From positions 1 through 61,317 of the forward strand of contig JAKZUU010000033.1 of assembly GCA_047516405.1 (NCBI GenBank): 61,317 nucleotides of DNA, given 5' to 3'. This DNA is from Nitrosopumilus sp. (GTDB lineage Archaea; Thermoproteota; Nitrososphaeria; Nitrososphaerales; Nitrosopumilaceae). Position 1 is the stretch's first letter, and each line of letters begins with the position of its first letter. Position numbers and translations under genes: made by a program. The notes beneath the pieces are model-generated. The model did no database searches. It was not told the DNA's origin and saw nothing but the letters and a program-made list of their open reading frames with translations. Of this stretch, positions 40,529-50,267 are shown in pieces.

Positions 40529-41347
40529 TTAACTCCCAAACATAGAGGTAATAATGTCACTTACTTTTCGATATTCTATGTTTCCCCATTGGGCATAGAC
40601 GTTTCCAAAAACAATATCTGCTATCTCTTTTGGCGATATTTTACCATTCAATAATTTCCCAAACGCAATTGTCTCCCTCAAGCTAGGGGAATAAAATAAC
40701 TCTTCAACTGCAGCTGCCTGTCTTAGTATGTTCGCTAGTTTGATTGCTTGTGTTATATCTGATTCATGATCCCCCAAAACATGTCTTTTTACAATCTCTA
40801 ACTCTATATCTTCTGGAGGATATTCTAATCTAATTCGTACCGGAAATCTGCTTAGCAACTGTGGTGGAAGTTCTTTTGTTCCAGTATGTGTTAGTGGATT
40901 AATTGTTGAAACTACAAACCAGTTCTCTTTTGCTTTGATGGTCTCACCTGTTGATTCCTTTAATACTATCTGCCGTCTGTCATCTAACACCTCATCTAGT
41001 CTGAGTAAAACATCTGCTTCTGCTGAGTTAATCTCATCTAGGTACAACATGTCCCCATTTTTCATTGATCTTACCAATAGCCCTTCTTCGAAACTTACAG
41101 TTCCATTTATGAGTGTCTTTGTACCGATTAGGTGGCTCTCTCTGGTTCTAAGGCTAAAATTAATAGATTCAATGTTTGCATTCCTAATTTTTGCAAATTC
41201 CCTTACTAGCGATGTCTTTCCAGTTCCTTTTGGTCCTATAATAAGTGCAAAAAGACCCGCGTCATACGCCTTGTTTAGAATTTGAATAGAATTGTTCCAA
41301 TCAAGATACCGTGTTTCCTTCAAGGTACATTTCATTAATCTAAACAA
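40529..41347 (-). CDS. MoxR/CbbQ/NorQ family AAA+ ATPase
   Basis: GPKGTGKT, LYLDEIN, TINP, LLSRF, SPSLR. Confidence 0.92.
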   Translation of the reverse strand: MFRLMKCTLKETRYLDWNNSIQILNKAYDAGLFALIIGPKGTGKTSLVREFAKIRNANIESINFSLRTRESHLIGTKTLINGTVSFEEGLLVRSMKNGDMLYLDEINSAEADVLLRLDEVLDDRRQIVLKESTGETIKAKENWFVVSTINPLTHTGTKELPPQLLSRFPVRIRLEYPPEDIELEIVKRHVLGDHESDITQAIKLANILRQAAAVEELFYSPSLRETIAFGKLLNGKISPKEIADIVFGNVYAQWGNIEYRKVSDIITSMFGS

Positions 41348-41419
41348 TATTTAATATTAGATCATCTATCTGTCGGCAGTCTATATCTGTCAATTACTGC
41401 ATTCTGCTGGTTTATCTGC

Positions 41420-42877
41420 CTATGTTCCAAACATTGAGACTTTTGTAAATGCCTCATCGAGTCTTCGGTGTAACGCTTTATGCCACTCCTCGAATCCTGT
41501 CGGATCTCTTGGATAATTGTTATAGTGATCAACTAACCATTGGTTCTGTTTTGATGTATACCTGAGACCTTCTGCAACTGTTCTGTTCATCACTCCTCTA
41601 ATAATCATACCAATCTTTCCCAATCCTGAAAAGTCTGGATGTTCTCCCTTGCTAATTGATTCAACATCCATATTTCCCAAAAAATGCTTCATTCCATAAC
41701 TTATCTGCTCATTGGACATTTGCTGTACCAGCCTTCTAAATAATTCAAGACCTGCAGTCTTATATCCATACTCTTTGATAAAATCTAAATTGTATTGCCA
41801 TAATCCTGCTTCAGAGACGTCATTTGCTTGTAGTGCCTGTGTTACATTGCTCCCAATAATAGTACCTGCAATTAAGGCTGGACCTATTCCACCTGCGTCA
41901 ATCGGCTTTGGCATCCATGCAGAATCTCCAACCATCATGTATCCTGCTGACACCATACAGTCATTTTGTCTTCTAACTGAAACTTGGAAAACACCTGAGT
42001 TATTATTGATATCTTCAGGATCTTCTGAAAGCTTTGCATTTTTGATAGCAGTGTTTCTATAAAGGTACTCTTTCATTAATGACTCAACATTGTCTTTTTT
42101 CCCTAGCCTTTTGTTTCTTTTATCTAAAAGAGATTTTTCAACTCCTAAACCGATGTTAACTTTGTTATCGGTCTTTGGAAATACCCATCCATATCCTCCT
42201 GGAGCAATGTCTTGATCTAAATGTATTATACAATAGTCAGGGTCAAATTCTGTAAGATCATTTTGTCCTTTTTCAAAATACATGATGTATCTTCCAGTTG
42301 ATTCTAAATCTCTCCTATCAATTCTTCTTTCTACTTTGGTAGAATTCTGCAATCCATTTCTAAGCATTGATGTGACGCCTGTCGCATCAATCACAATTCT
42401 TGATCTTTTCTTGAAAGGCTGCTTTGTCTTGTTGTCGACTCCCTGAACTCCAACTACCTGTTGGCCCTCATAAATCAAACCGGTAACATTAATTTCGTAT
42501 TCAAATTCAATTCCCATCTTCTCACACCGCTGATTTTGGATTTCAGGCAGTTTCTGTCGGTTCAACATGTACCCTGCACCATCAAATGGAATCCCAGTCT
42601 CTCTGTCAGGCGAGAATGCCATAACTCCTTTGACATCGTGTTCTATCTCCGGCCGGGTCCATTGGATTTTGATTCTGTCTGCCATATAATCAACTGCTTC
42701 CTTGGAACATGCATCTCCGCATACCCAACCGGCCAGTGATTTTCTACCTGGCAGAAATTTTGTATTTCTATCGATGATTAAGATCTTTAGATTCTGATTT
42801 GAATAATGTGCGATGGCCTGCGCTGTAACTGTACCTGCAAGACCTCCACCTGCAATTATAACATCGTAATCTGCCAC
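41420..42877 (-). CDS. Geranylgeranyl reductase-family FAD oxidoreductase
   Basis: GGGLAG, CGDA, DATG, GYGWVFP, VGDSA. Confidence 0.85.
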   Translation of the reverse strand: MADYDVIIAGGGLAGTVTAQAIAHYSNQNLKILIIDRNTKFLPGRKSLAGWVCGDACSKEAVDYMADRIKIQWTRPEIEHDVKGVMAFSPDRETGIPFDGAGYMLNRQKLPEIQNQRCEKMGIEFEYEINVTGLIYEGQQVVGVQGVDNKTKQPFKKRSRIVIDATGVTSMLRNGLQNSTKVERRIDRRDLESTGRYIMYFEKGQNDLTEFDPDYCIIHLDQDIAPGGYGWVFPKTDNKVNIGLGVEKSLLDKRNKRLGKKDNVESLMKEYLYRNTAIKNAKLSEDPEDINNNSGVFQVSVRRQNDCMVSAGYMMVGDSAWMPKPIDAGGIGPALIAGTIIGSNVTQALQANDVSEAGLWQYNLDFIKEYGYKTAGLELFRRLVQQMSNEQISYGMKHFLGNMDVESISKGEHPDFSGLGKIGMIIRGVMNRTVAEGLRYTSKQNQWLVDHYNNYPRDPTGFEEWHKALHRRLDEAFTKVSMFGT

Positions 42878-42964
42878 GATATTTGAGTTTGATCATCCGT
42901 ATTTAAAATAATACCATGATATGTTCAAAAATTTCTAAATCAAAACAGATAATTAATTAAAAAC

Positions 42965-43032
42965 GGGTCGGTTCGTCGCGGCTTCTTCAAAGCTCTTGCT
43001 CAGACTGGAGCGGCTAATATTTCCTCATTCCC
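42965..43032 (-). ncRNA. Putative box C/D guide sRNA
   Basis: Minus strand: GGG-A-ATGAGGA(C)-AATATTAGCCGCTCCAGT-CTGA(D')-GCAAGAGCT-TTGAAGA(C')-AGCCGCGACGAA-CCGA(D)-CCC; terminal stem; GC-rich island in an AT-rich spacer. Confidence 0.65.
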
Positions 43033-43054
43033 AAATTTTTTTGTTTCTTTATTC

Positions 43055-43486
43055 TTATTTAATTAGTCGGCCTTGGAGAATTTCTGTGAATGTCCTAACC
43101 GTATCCTTTTTGTTGTAAATTGGGACATGGATCTTTATCTTTATGGTGTCTTTCTTACTTGTTGCTAATCTTCCTTTGACTAGTTCTTGTTTATCTAATC
43201 TCATATGAAATTTAGAATCTGCCGTTCTCTCTTCAATCTCTTCAATCAAGTCAGTCATTTGCTTGGCAGGTAACAATTCGAGCATCTTACCTATAAAATT
43301 TTGAGCCTGTTTTTTTACAATTTTTGCATTTAGCATAATTATTGGATTTTCAAAATGCCCTTTAGTCTCATTAACTATAAAATCTTCTTTTTGTATATCT
43401 AAAATTTCAAAAGACTCAAAAATTTTTGAGATATCTTCCGTTGCATGAACAATTACATCTATTGTAACTTGAATTCTGTTGATCAT
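43055..43486 (-). CDS. Predicted RNA-binding protein (DUF54/COG1325-like)
   Basis: VHATED, GHFENPI and RLDKQ motifs. Confidence 0.8.
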   Translation of the reverse strand: MINRIQVTIDVIVHATEDISKIFESFEILDIQKEDFIVNETKGHFENPIIMLNAKIVKKQAQNFIGKMLELLPAKQMTDLIEEIEERTADSKFHMRLDKQELVKGRLATSKKDTIKIKIHVPIYNKKDTVRTFTEILQGRLIK

Positions 43487-43515
43487 CGTGATTGAAAAGG
43501 GGGTTGTATCTGCTA

Positions 43516-44127
43516 TTATGCTTCTAACAGCTTTGTCTCTTTATCTGCTGTTCTGATGAGTTTTACTTTCTCTAAACCTACATGTCGCACTCTGATGACT
43601 TTCTTAAATGCTGCCATAATATCTGAATTAATTTTGCTGTAACATGTTGCTTGAACAAATTGGTTAATTGTCATCTCTGGAATTGTTTTATTAATTACAT
43701 CTTGTGCAATTAATCTCAGGGCATGCTGTCTTGATGTGTTTAGTTGTTTGTGTGTTAAGGCAAGCAATTTGATTCTAAAGATGTGGCCGTCATTTGTCTT
43801 GATATCTATGAAAAAGTTGATTTTTGAGGACCCGCGTCTAATTAGGCTCCGTAAAAATTCTTTTGAATACTCATACCTCTTGAAAATTGTTGATGCCTTA
43901 TCGCCATCAATTTTGCTAATCTGGAAATAGATCTTGTATTGATGTTGTGAAGGATCTCCTTTTAGAATATCATATAGTGTAACCTCTAAAACCCGCCCTA
44001 TTGCATTTTGATTATTTGTAATTGGTATGTATGCAATTGGAACATTGTTAAACGAATCTGGCGCATGTACTGTAATCCAGCGTTTTTCTCTCCACTTGTC
44101 TTTTACTCTACTTTTTCTACGTGCCAA
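43516..44127 (-). CDS. rps3ae: 30S ribosomal protein S3Ae (eS1)
   Basis: KDKWREKRW, IGRVLEVTLYD, RSLIRRGSSKI. Confidence 0.96.
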   Translation of the reverse strand: MARRKSRVKDKWREKRWITVHAPDSFNNVPIAYIPITNNQNAIGRVLEVTLYDILKGDPSQHQYKIYFQISKIDGDKASTIFKRYEYSKEFLRSLIRRGSSKINFFIDIKTNDGHIFRIKLLALTHKQLNTSRQHALRLIAQDVINKTIPEMTINQFVQATCYSKINSDIMAAFKKVIRVRHVGLEKVKLIRTADKETKLLEA

Positions 44128-44241
44128 TTATTAACGACCTTTAAATCCAAAATATAAGGGTATGTCATTAGATGGCGTTGTCCAAATCTTTGATTCAAAA
44201 TCAACAAAAAGCTTAAAGATCACGGATCTCGCGCTGGCTTA

Positions 44242-44862
44242 ATGAGTAAAAAACGTGATAAAAACACGAAAGACAGCAAGGACAAGAAACACTGCAAAAG
44301 CAAGAATGCCGACAGCAAGAAATGAGAGCGTCCTTCAGGATACTACAAAAAATATGAGACAAGAAGAAGGGGCAAAGGCCATGTAACCAAGTTACGAATA
44401 AAGATCCTCACTGCACTCCTGTTTGAGATCTATTCGCCCGTCACGCCCAGTGAAGTACGAATGATTCCATACATGGCATGTCTTGCAGACCGAGAGTTTC
44501 GCTGCCATTCATACCGTCAACATGTCTCATACCTACAGACACATCAAGGAATACTACACATGTATGGATTAAAAACTGTTCCATCAAAATCCTGTATGCA
44601 TCATGCAGCCATCATAATGACAGATTATGATTGGCTGCACGAGATAATAGAAAGGCAGGCAGTATCTTATGCGCACGGATCACTGCTGGGCGACTCCGCC
44701 GGGGTTGCCATAAACAGGTATACAGTAGGAGGATGCCAAGAAAGGTCCATTATCTCCAGAGGTGAATTCGTCAAACTGCACATAGTCACTGACGTAAAGG
44801 GAAGAAAGATCGTATCCTGTGTAGTTACCCGTGGATGTGCGCACGACTCGCCGGTGTTCCGG
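44242..44862 (+). pseudogene. IS5-family transposase, 5' half
   Basis: In-frame TGA at 44323 (TGG in the second copy); GDSAG, KLHIVTD and HDSP motifs; truncated where the cargo begins. Confidence 0.85.
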
Positions 44863-45415
44863 TTCCACCTAACGCAACGCTCCCCCTTCCTCCAAATCGC
44901 TTTGCATCTCTGGATGTGGAGGTAAATGGCTTACCACGAAATAAATGCCAAAAATCCTCACAACTTCGTTGCACAGAGGCATACCGCAAACCAATATTAA
45001 ATATAATATAATGAAGCATTGCGACTATTAATAATAACATGAACGATCCGACAAGCACGATGCTATCACCGATAACTGGGAACGTTTTAGCAATTGTAGG
45101 TTTGTCAGAAGACGAATCTTTTAATTGAAATGGCCATGTTTGGGATGACGCTAACGTTCGATATAATTGCATTTCTGTTTCAGGAATTATAATAACGTTG
45201 AATGCATGTCTAGGCAACCATGTTCTTGAGGGTACAACCCTCTGCAGTGCTTCAAAATCGCTTTATGCAGGAATGGCAGATGGCAAAGCATTTGAGCAGA
45301 TCTCCGATCACATACAAGAACATGGTATCGTAGCTTATGGTCATTGCCAATATTGACTGGCATTTTGGGAATGACACAGGATTACCAAATGCCAGTAGGT
45401 GCGCCAATCTTCGAT

Positions 45416-47236
45416 ATGACTAAAACGCGCGTGAAGTCTGGATTTTCAATTTCAATGAATCTTGACAAAAAACTGATCTTCTTGGTAATGATCGTATCAA
45501 GTGCTGCCTTGATAATAACAGGGGAGCTCAGCTTTACATATGCAGATCAGATCCTAAAAGAGAGGGTTGCAGACCAGTTGATCGGAGAGTCGGCAGTGCG
45601 TGGGGAGACCGTAAGAATGCTCCTAGAATCCTATATCCTGCACAGTAATGTGCTTGCAGGCGACCCAGTAATTCAGGCACTGGTATCACAGATGAATCAA
45701 GCCTCAGCTGAGGAACGGAATGTCATACACAAGGCAGGCGAAACGAATTTTCTTGTACGGGTTCAAGAGTTTGAAGAGTATTCAGAGTTTTCTAGCGAGG
45801 TAGAGGACGTAAAGGCTATAGGTTCTAACGGGACGGTCTTCTTCTCCGTGGCAGGAACCACTAACGGTGAGGACTATTCGGAGAATCCGCTGTTCCAAAG
45901 AGGGCTTGGTGGGGAGTCGCTAGTTGAGTTCGAACCCATCAAAAACGGCTACGCAGGCAGCTCTGGAAAAATAATGGTTGTTGTATCTCCAATCTTTTCT
46001 CAGGACAACAACAATGAAGAAAAGCCCGTGGCGTGGTCATTTCCAAAATAAGACCCGGGATCCTAGACGGAATTCTGAAAAATCGAAGCGGTTTGGGGGA
46101 TACCGGTGAGGTTTACATTGTCAATGACAGGTTCGAGCTGCTCACGGAGTCCCGATTTGTCAAGAATGCCGTATTCAACGTACAGGTGGATACATTGGGA
46201 GTTCAGAAATGCTTCAATGAGGGCGAGGAGCATCTTGGGCCATACCATGACTACCGGGGGGTTCTCATTTACGGTTCGTCGTCCTGCGCCGGATCTGGGA
46301 TTGGTTCTACTTGCCGAGATTGATGAGGCAGAAGTCACAGAACCCATAACCATCTTGCAGGAAAAAATCCTCCTGTTGGGAATTGCAGTCACCATGGCAA
46401 TGGGAGTTGCGGCCTTTGTCATATCTCAGTCTATATCAAGGCCCCTGATCAAACTGAAGAATGCAGCAGACAGGATAGCAAGCGGAGACTTTGATACCAG
46501 AACGAACATCAACTCAAGGGACGAGATAGGCCAATTGTCAGGCGCGTTTGACTTTATGGCACAGAGACTGCAAGGATCGTTGATGGAGATCAGGGAGAAG
46601 GATGACGTAATCAGGAAACAGGAAGATATTTTGCTGAAATTCTTTCAACATCCCCAGAACGACTGTGTCGGGGTAATCGATATGGCAGACTCCACCAAGA
46701 TCTCTGCATAACTATCAGAGGAGGATTTTAGCCGGATGTATGAGGTTTTTCTAAACTATATGGCAAGAATCATTCAGAAATATGACGGCCAAGTCATAAA
46801 GAGCATTGGTGACGCGTTGTTGTTCAGGTTTCCAGAGAACGAGATCCATGATGCAAAGACAATCAAAAACGTTCTGGAGTGTTGCCTGTCCATGATCGAT
46901 TCCCGCAAAGATCTAAACGACGAGCTGAGTTCCGCTGGATTGCCTGAGCTAAGCTACAAGATCAGCTTGACGTACGGTTCTGTAAAGGTTGCGCAGAGTG
47001 CCATATCCAACATATCTGATATTTTCGGACCCACGGTAAACCAATGCTTTAAGATCAACTCACACTGTCCAAAGAACAGCGTGATTGTTGACATAAACCT
47101 GTATGAGCACCTAGGAAATAGCCCCGAATACGGGTTTACAGAACTGAACATAAGCGAGATGAAGAAAAAATACGGTTATATTGTATTTGAGGTTAAAAGG
47201 AGACAGCCAGTACAAACTACACCAGTGATGATGTGA
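45416..47236 (+). pseudogene. Cache-HAMP-class III adenylate/guanylate cyclase (disrupted)
   Basis: TM-Cache (GDTGEVYIVN, YHDYRG)-TM-HAMP (RPL..L, DEIGQL)-cyclase (IDMADST, KSIGD, DIFGPTVN); frameshifts near 46030 and 46290, in-frame TAA at 46709. Confidence 0.85.
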
Positions 47237-47375
47237 ACCCTCTCCCAGTAAATTTGCCTGCAGGTTGTATATATCCCTGTGACAAAGTTATTCTGACCCC
47301 TGAATCAAAAGCAATAAAATGCACGTAAATATACGTCAAATAGACCTGAAAAACTAAGATTTGGACAACGCCTCA

Positions 47376-48644
47376 TTAGATCTCTTTCTGGTTCTGCATA
47401 TATCCCTGTAAAACCTTTGGAATTGTAATATGTCCATCCTTGGTTTGGAAATCTTCTATAATTGCTACCAAAACTCTGGTTGTAGCAACTAATGTACTGT
47501 TAAGCGTGTGTAAATATTGGGTATCCTCATTTGTCTTGTCTCTGAACCTAATCTTTAATCTCCGTGCCTGGTAATCCAAGCAGTTTGAGCATGAAACTAC
47601 TTCTCTGTATGCCTTCTGCCCTGCCATCCATGCCTCCACATCATACGTCTTTGCTGACACTTTTCCCATATCTCCACTTGAGAGTAACATGATTCTGTAT
47701 GGAATCTCCAAGTTTTGGTAGAACTCTTCTGCTACTGCCAGCATCCTTTCGTGCTCTTTCCAAGAGTCCTCAGGTCTTGAAAATACAAACTGCTCAATCT
47801 TGTCGAATTGATGCACTCTGAAGATTCCTTTTTGATCTCTTCCATGCGCACCTGCCTCTTTTCTAAAACATGGACTAATCCCTGCATATCGTAAAGGCAA
47901 GTCTTTGCCTTCTATGATCTCTTTTTGATGCATTCCTGCCACTGCATGTTCAGAAGTTCCAATCATGTATAGATCCTCATCTTCAATTTTATAGATGACT
48001 TCTTGGAAATCCTCTGCAATGACTGCGCCCTCCATCGACTCTCGATTGATCATATACGGTGGTTGCAAAAGAGAATATTCTTTTTTTGAAAGAAAATCCA
48101 TTGCATAGTGAATTAATGCCTGGTTTAACCTCACAAGATCATTTTTCAGATAATAAAATCTGGCTCCTGCAACCTTTGCTGCTCGCTGCAAGTCCACAAG
48201 ACCTAAATTTTCTGAAATATCGATATGATCCTTTACTTCAAAATCAAAATTTGGAATACTGCCCCACTTTTTTATCTCTTTGTTGGCAGATTCGTCTGCT
48301 CCAATAGGAACTGTTCTGTCAATAAGATTTGGAACAGTTAACGCTAGTTTAGAATACCTTTTTTTGACATCCTCATGTGCCGACTCAAATTCTGCAAGCT
48401 GCATTGAGGCGTCTTTCATCTCTGCTAGCATTGATGATGCATCCTTGCCTGACTTCTTTTTTTGTGCAATCTCTAGACCCATCTTATTTTTTTTCTTTCG
48501 TAATTCATCAGTCTTTATTATGAACTCTCGTCTTTTCTGATCAGATTCAATTAGCATATCTAAATCAAAGTCTACGCATCTTGCTTTGAGCATATCTTCA
48601 ATGACTTGTGGTTTTTCTTTGATGAGTTTTGGATCCAACATCAT
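47376..48644 (-). CDS. serS: Serine--tRNA ligase
   Basis: GTSE, CFRKEAG, GIFRVHQF, EVVSCSNC, HTLNST. Confidence 0.97.
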   Translation of the reverse strand: MMLDPKLIKEKPQVIEDMLKARCVDFDLDMLIESDQKRREFIIKTDELRKKKNKMGLEIAQKKKSGKDASSMLAEMKDASMQLAEFESAHEDVKKRYSKLALTVPNLIDRTVPIGADESANKEIKKWGSIPNFDFEVKDHIDISENLGLVDLQRAAKVAGARFYYLKNDLVRLNQALIHYAMDFLSKKEYSLLQPPYMINRESMEGAVIAEDFQEVIYKIEDEDLYMIGTSEHAVAGMHQKEIIEGKDLPLRYAGISPCFRKEAGAHGRDQKGIFRVHQFDKIEQFVFSRPEDSWKEHERMLAVAEEFYQNLEIPYRIMLLSSGDMGKVSAKTYDVEAWMAGQKAYREVVSCSNCLDYQARRLKIRFRDKTNEDTQYLHTLNSTLVATTRVLVAIIEDFQTKDGHITIPKVLQGYMQNQKEI

Positions 48645-48883
48645 TGAATCACCTTCAAAGCTACCTGAATATGTTCGACCACCTCATCCACTGTGCTGAC
48701 AAGACGTTTCATGTTCTTCATACTTTTGAAATTAAAGATTAGCTTGTTATCAATATTTTCAACATAAAGGCTTAATCCTTCTGGAAAATCTATATTATCT
48801 GGCTCAAGGGCGTCTTTGATAGCTTTTGCCTCTTCTTTTGATACATTATTGAGAGTTAGTTGCACCGTGCACGTTAACGACAT
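48641..48883 (-). CDS. pcc1: KEOPS subunit Pcc1-like protein
   Basis: 80 aa, ALEPDN motif, conserved position between the DHH gene and serS. Confidence 0.7.
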   Translation of the reverse strand: MSLTCTVQLTLNNVSKEEAKAIKDALEPDNIDFPEGLSLYVENIDNKLIFNFKSMKNMKRLVSTVDEVVEHIQVALKVIQ

Positions 48884-50267
48884 TTACCTCTAAATACTTG
48901 AGAAATTCCTCCAATTTGTCTCTACTTATTTTCGCTCCTGCTGCGGCGTTATGGCCTCCGCCTATGCCCTTGAATTTTTCAGCACCTCTCTGCATCACGT
49001 TACTGAGATTGATATCTGATTTACAGCCAATGCCTTTCCTTAACGAAAACTTTATCGTGTTGTCAGCACCTTTTGCCCTCAGAATTATAATTTTTTCTGA
49101 ATTTTTTGGCGATCTTGCCATTAATGATGCAACAGTGCCAGTCATTGTTTCTTGTACCACGTCTTCTGCATTTATCATTACGCAAGTTTGATCTTCTAAA
49201 ATCCTCCATCTCTGGTTTGACAAAATATTCACATACTCTCTGATCATCTCTCTATAATTCATTAAAACATTTTCAGATTCATTCAGAATCTTTCCTCTAT
49301 CTCCCATACAAACCGCGATTCCTATACCTGAATGGTTCATCCTTCCACACGCGTTTAACATGGTTGAGAATTCTCTTCCATCTCGTAAGAATCTCTTCTT
49401 GTCCTCTCTTGGAAAAGTATACGTGTACCCAATCAATTCTGGCATTGTTTTATTAACATCTCTCCCCAAAGCGAATTCTGTAAGTGATTCAACGACTTGG
49501 CTCTTTTCACTCTCATTTAGTTCTGCTGGCACCCTCCACCTGCCTTTATCTTTTAGTTTAATTTTTGATGACTTTAACAATGCAAGACATGCGTCTTTAT
49601 TCCACGTCAAACCCTCAATGAATGTCTGCGATGTAGACGCTAATGCCTCTGCAAGTGGTTTTGTCTCTCTTCCTACTAGCAATAAATCCACATCGATCTC
49701 TAGCAGTTCTTGTTCCTTGGCTACATTTGCAATCTCAAAATTTTTACTTGTAAGCGATCTCTTTTCTCCTCGGTCCTGTCTGTCCCCTAACGCTGCAATC
49801 ACTGCAACAGCAGACAGATCTGAATTTTTTTCATCTATTGCCATTGACGCAAGATACGCCATTCCTCCCGCACATATCTCCATTCCTCCATCAATTCCGT
49901 ATTTCCATGAATTTATTACATTTTGATTTTCTATCTCTTGATCTGAGATCTGGTGATGATCTAAAACAATCCAATCGTCTTTTAGTGTCTGTTCTAGCTG
50001 ATCTGCAAAACCTCCCCCCAAGTCAGTTATTATGTGTAAATTTCTAGAATCTGTTTTAAAAGACTCGACTACGTTTTTGTTGAATTCTTTTAGTGCCCTA
50101 ACAGTACATTTAGCTCCTGCCCTGATCAAAGCCTTGGCAATTATACTGCCTGATGCAAGTCCATCACAATCAATATGCGTCGTTACAGAAACTGATCTTC
50201 CTGATTTTATAGAGTCTGAAATCTTGTCCCTAAATAATGAAAGTGATCCGTCAAGTGATTTTACCAT
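48846..50267 (-). CDS. DHH family phosphoesterase (RecJ/Cdc45-like)
   Basis: HIDCDG, TDLG, LDHH, GGGHNAAAG. Confidence 0.92.
   Translation of the reverse strand: MVKSLDGSLSLFRDKISDSIKSGRSVSVTTHIDCDGLASGSIIAKALIRAGAKCTVRALKEFNKNVVESFKTDSRNLHIITDLGGGFADQLEQTLKDDWIVLDHHQISDQEIENQNVINSWKYGIDGGMEICAGGMAYLASMAIDEKNSDLSAVAVIAALGDRQDRGEKRSLTSKNFEIANVAKEQELLEIDVDLLLVGRETKPLAEALASTSQTFIEGLTWNKDACLALLKSSKIKLKDKGRWRVPAELNESEKSQVVESLTEFALGRDVNKTMPELIGYTYTFPREDKKRFLRDGREFSTMLNACGRMNHSGIGIAVCMGDRGKILNESENVLMNYREMIREYVNILSNQRWRILEDQTCVMINAEDVVQETMTGTVASLMARSPKNSEKIIILRAKGADNTIKFSLRKGIGCKSDINLSNVMQRGAEKFKGIGGGHNAAAGAKISRDKLEEFLKYLEVNVVNVHGATNSQ

Larger units (their letters stand above)
44174..47372 (+). mobile_element. 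Non-autonomous IS5-family (IS903-like) element carrying passenger DNA
   Basis: Perfect 17-bp TIR GGCGTTGTCCAAATCTT; flanked by 9-bp direct repeat TCATTAGAT (44165-44173 and 47373-47381). Confidence 0.9.

Noticed and set aside
44825..45217. 130-aa minus-strand ORF inside the transposon
   Set aside because: It spans the transposase/cargo junction and has no recognisable motif, so it is probably spurious.
45416..47236. Programmed frameshifting or stop readthrough in the cyclase gene
   Set aside because: Three independent lesions, no slippery heptamers at the shift sites, and the stop is TAA; a pseudogene is simpler.
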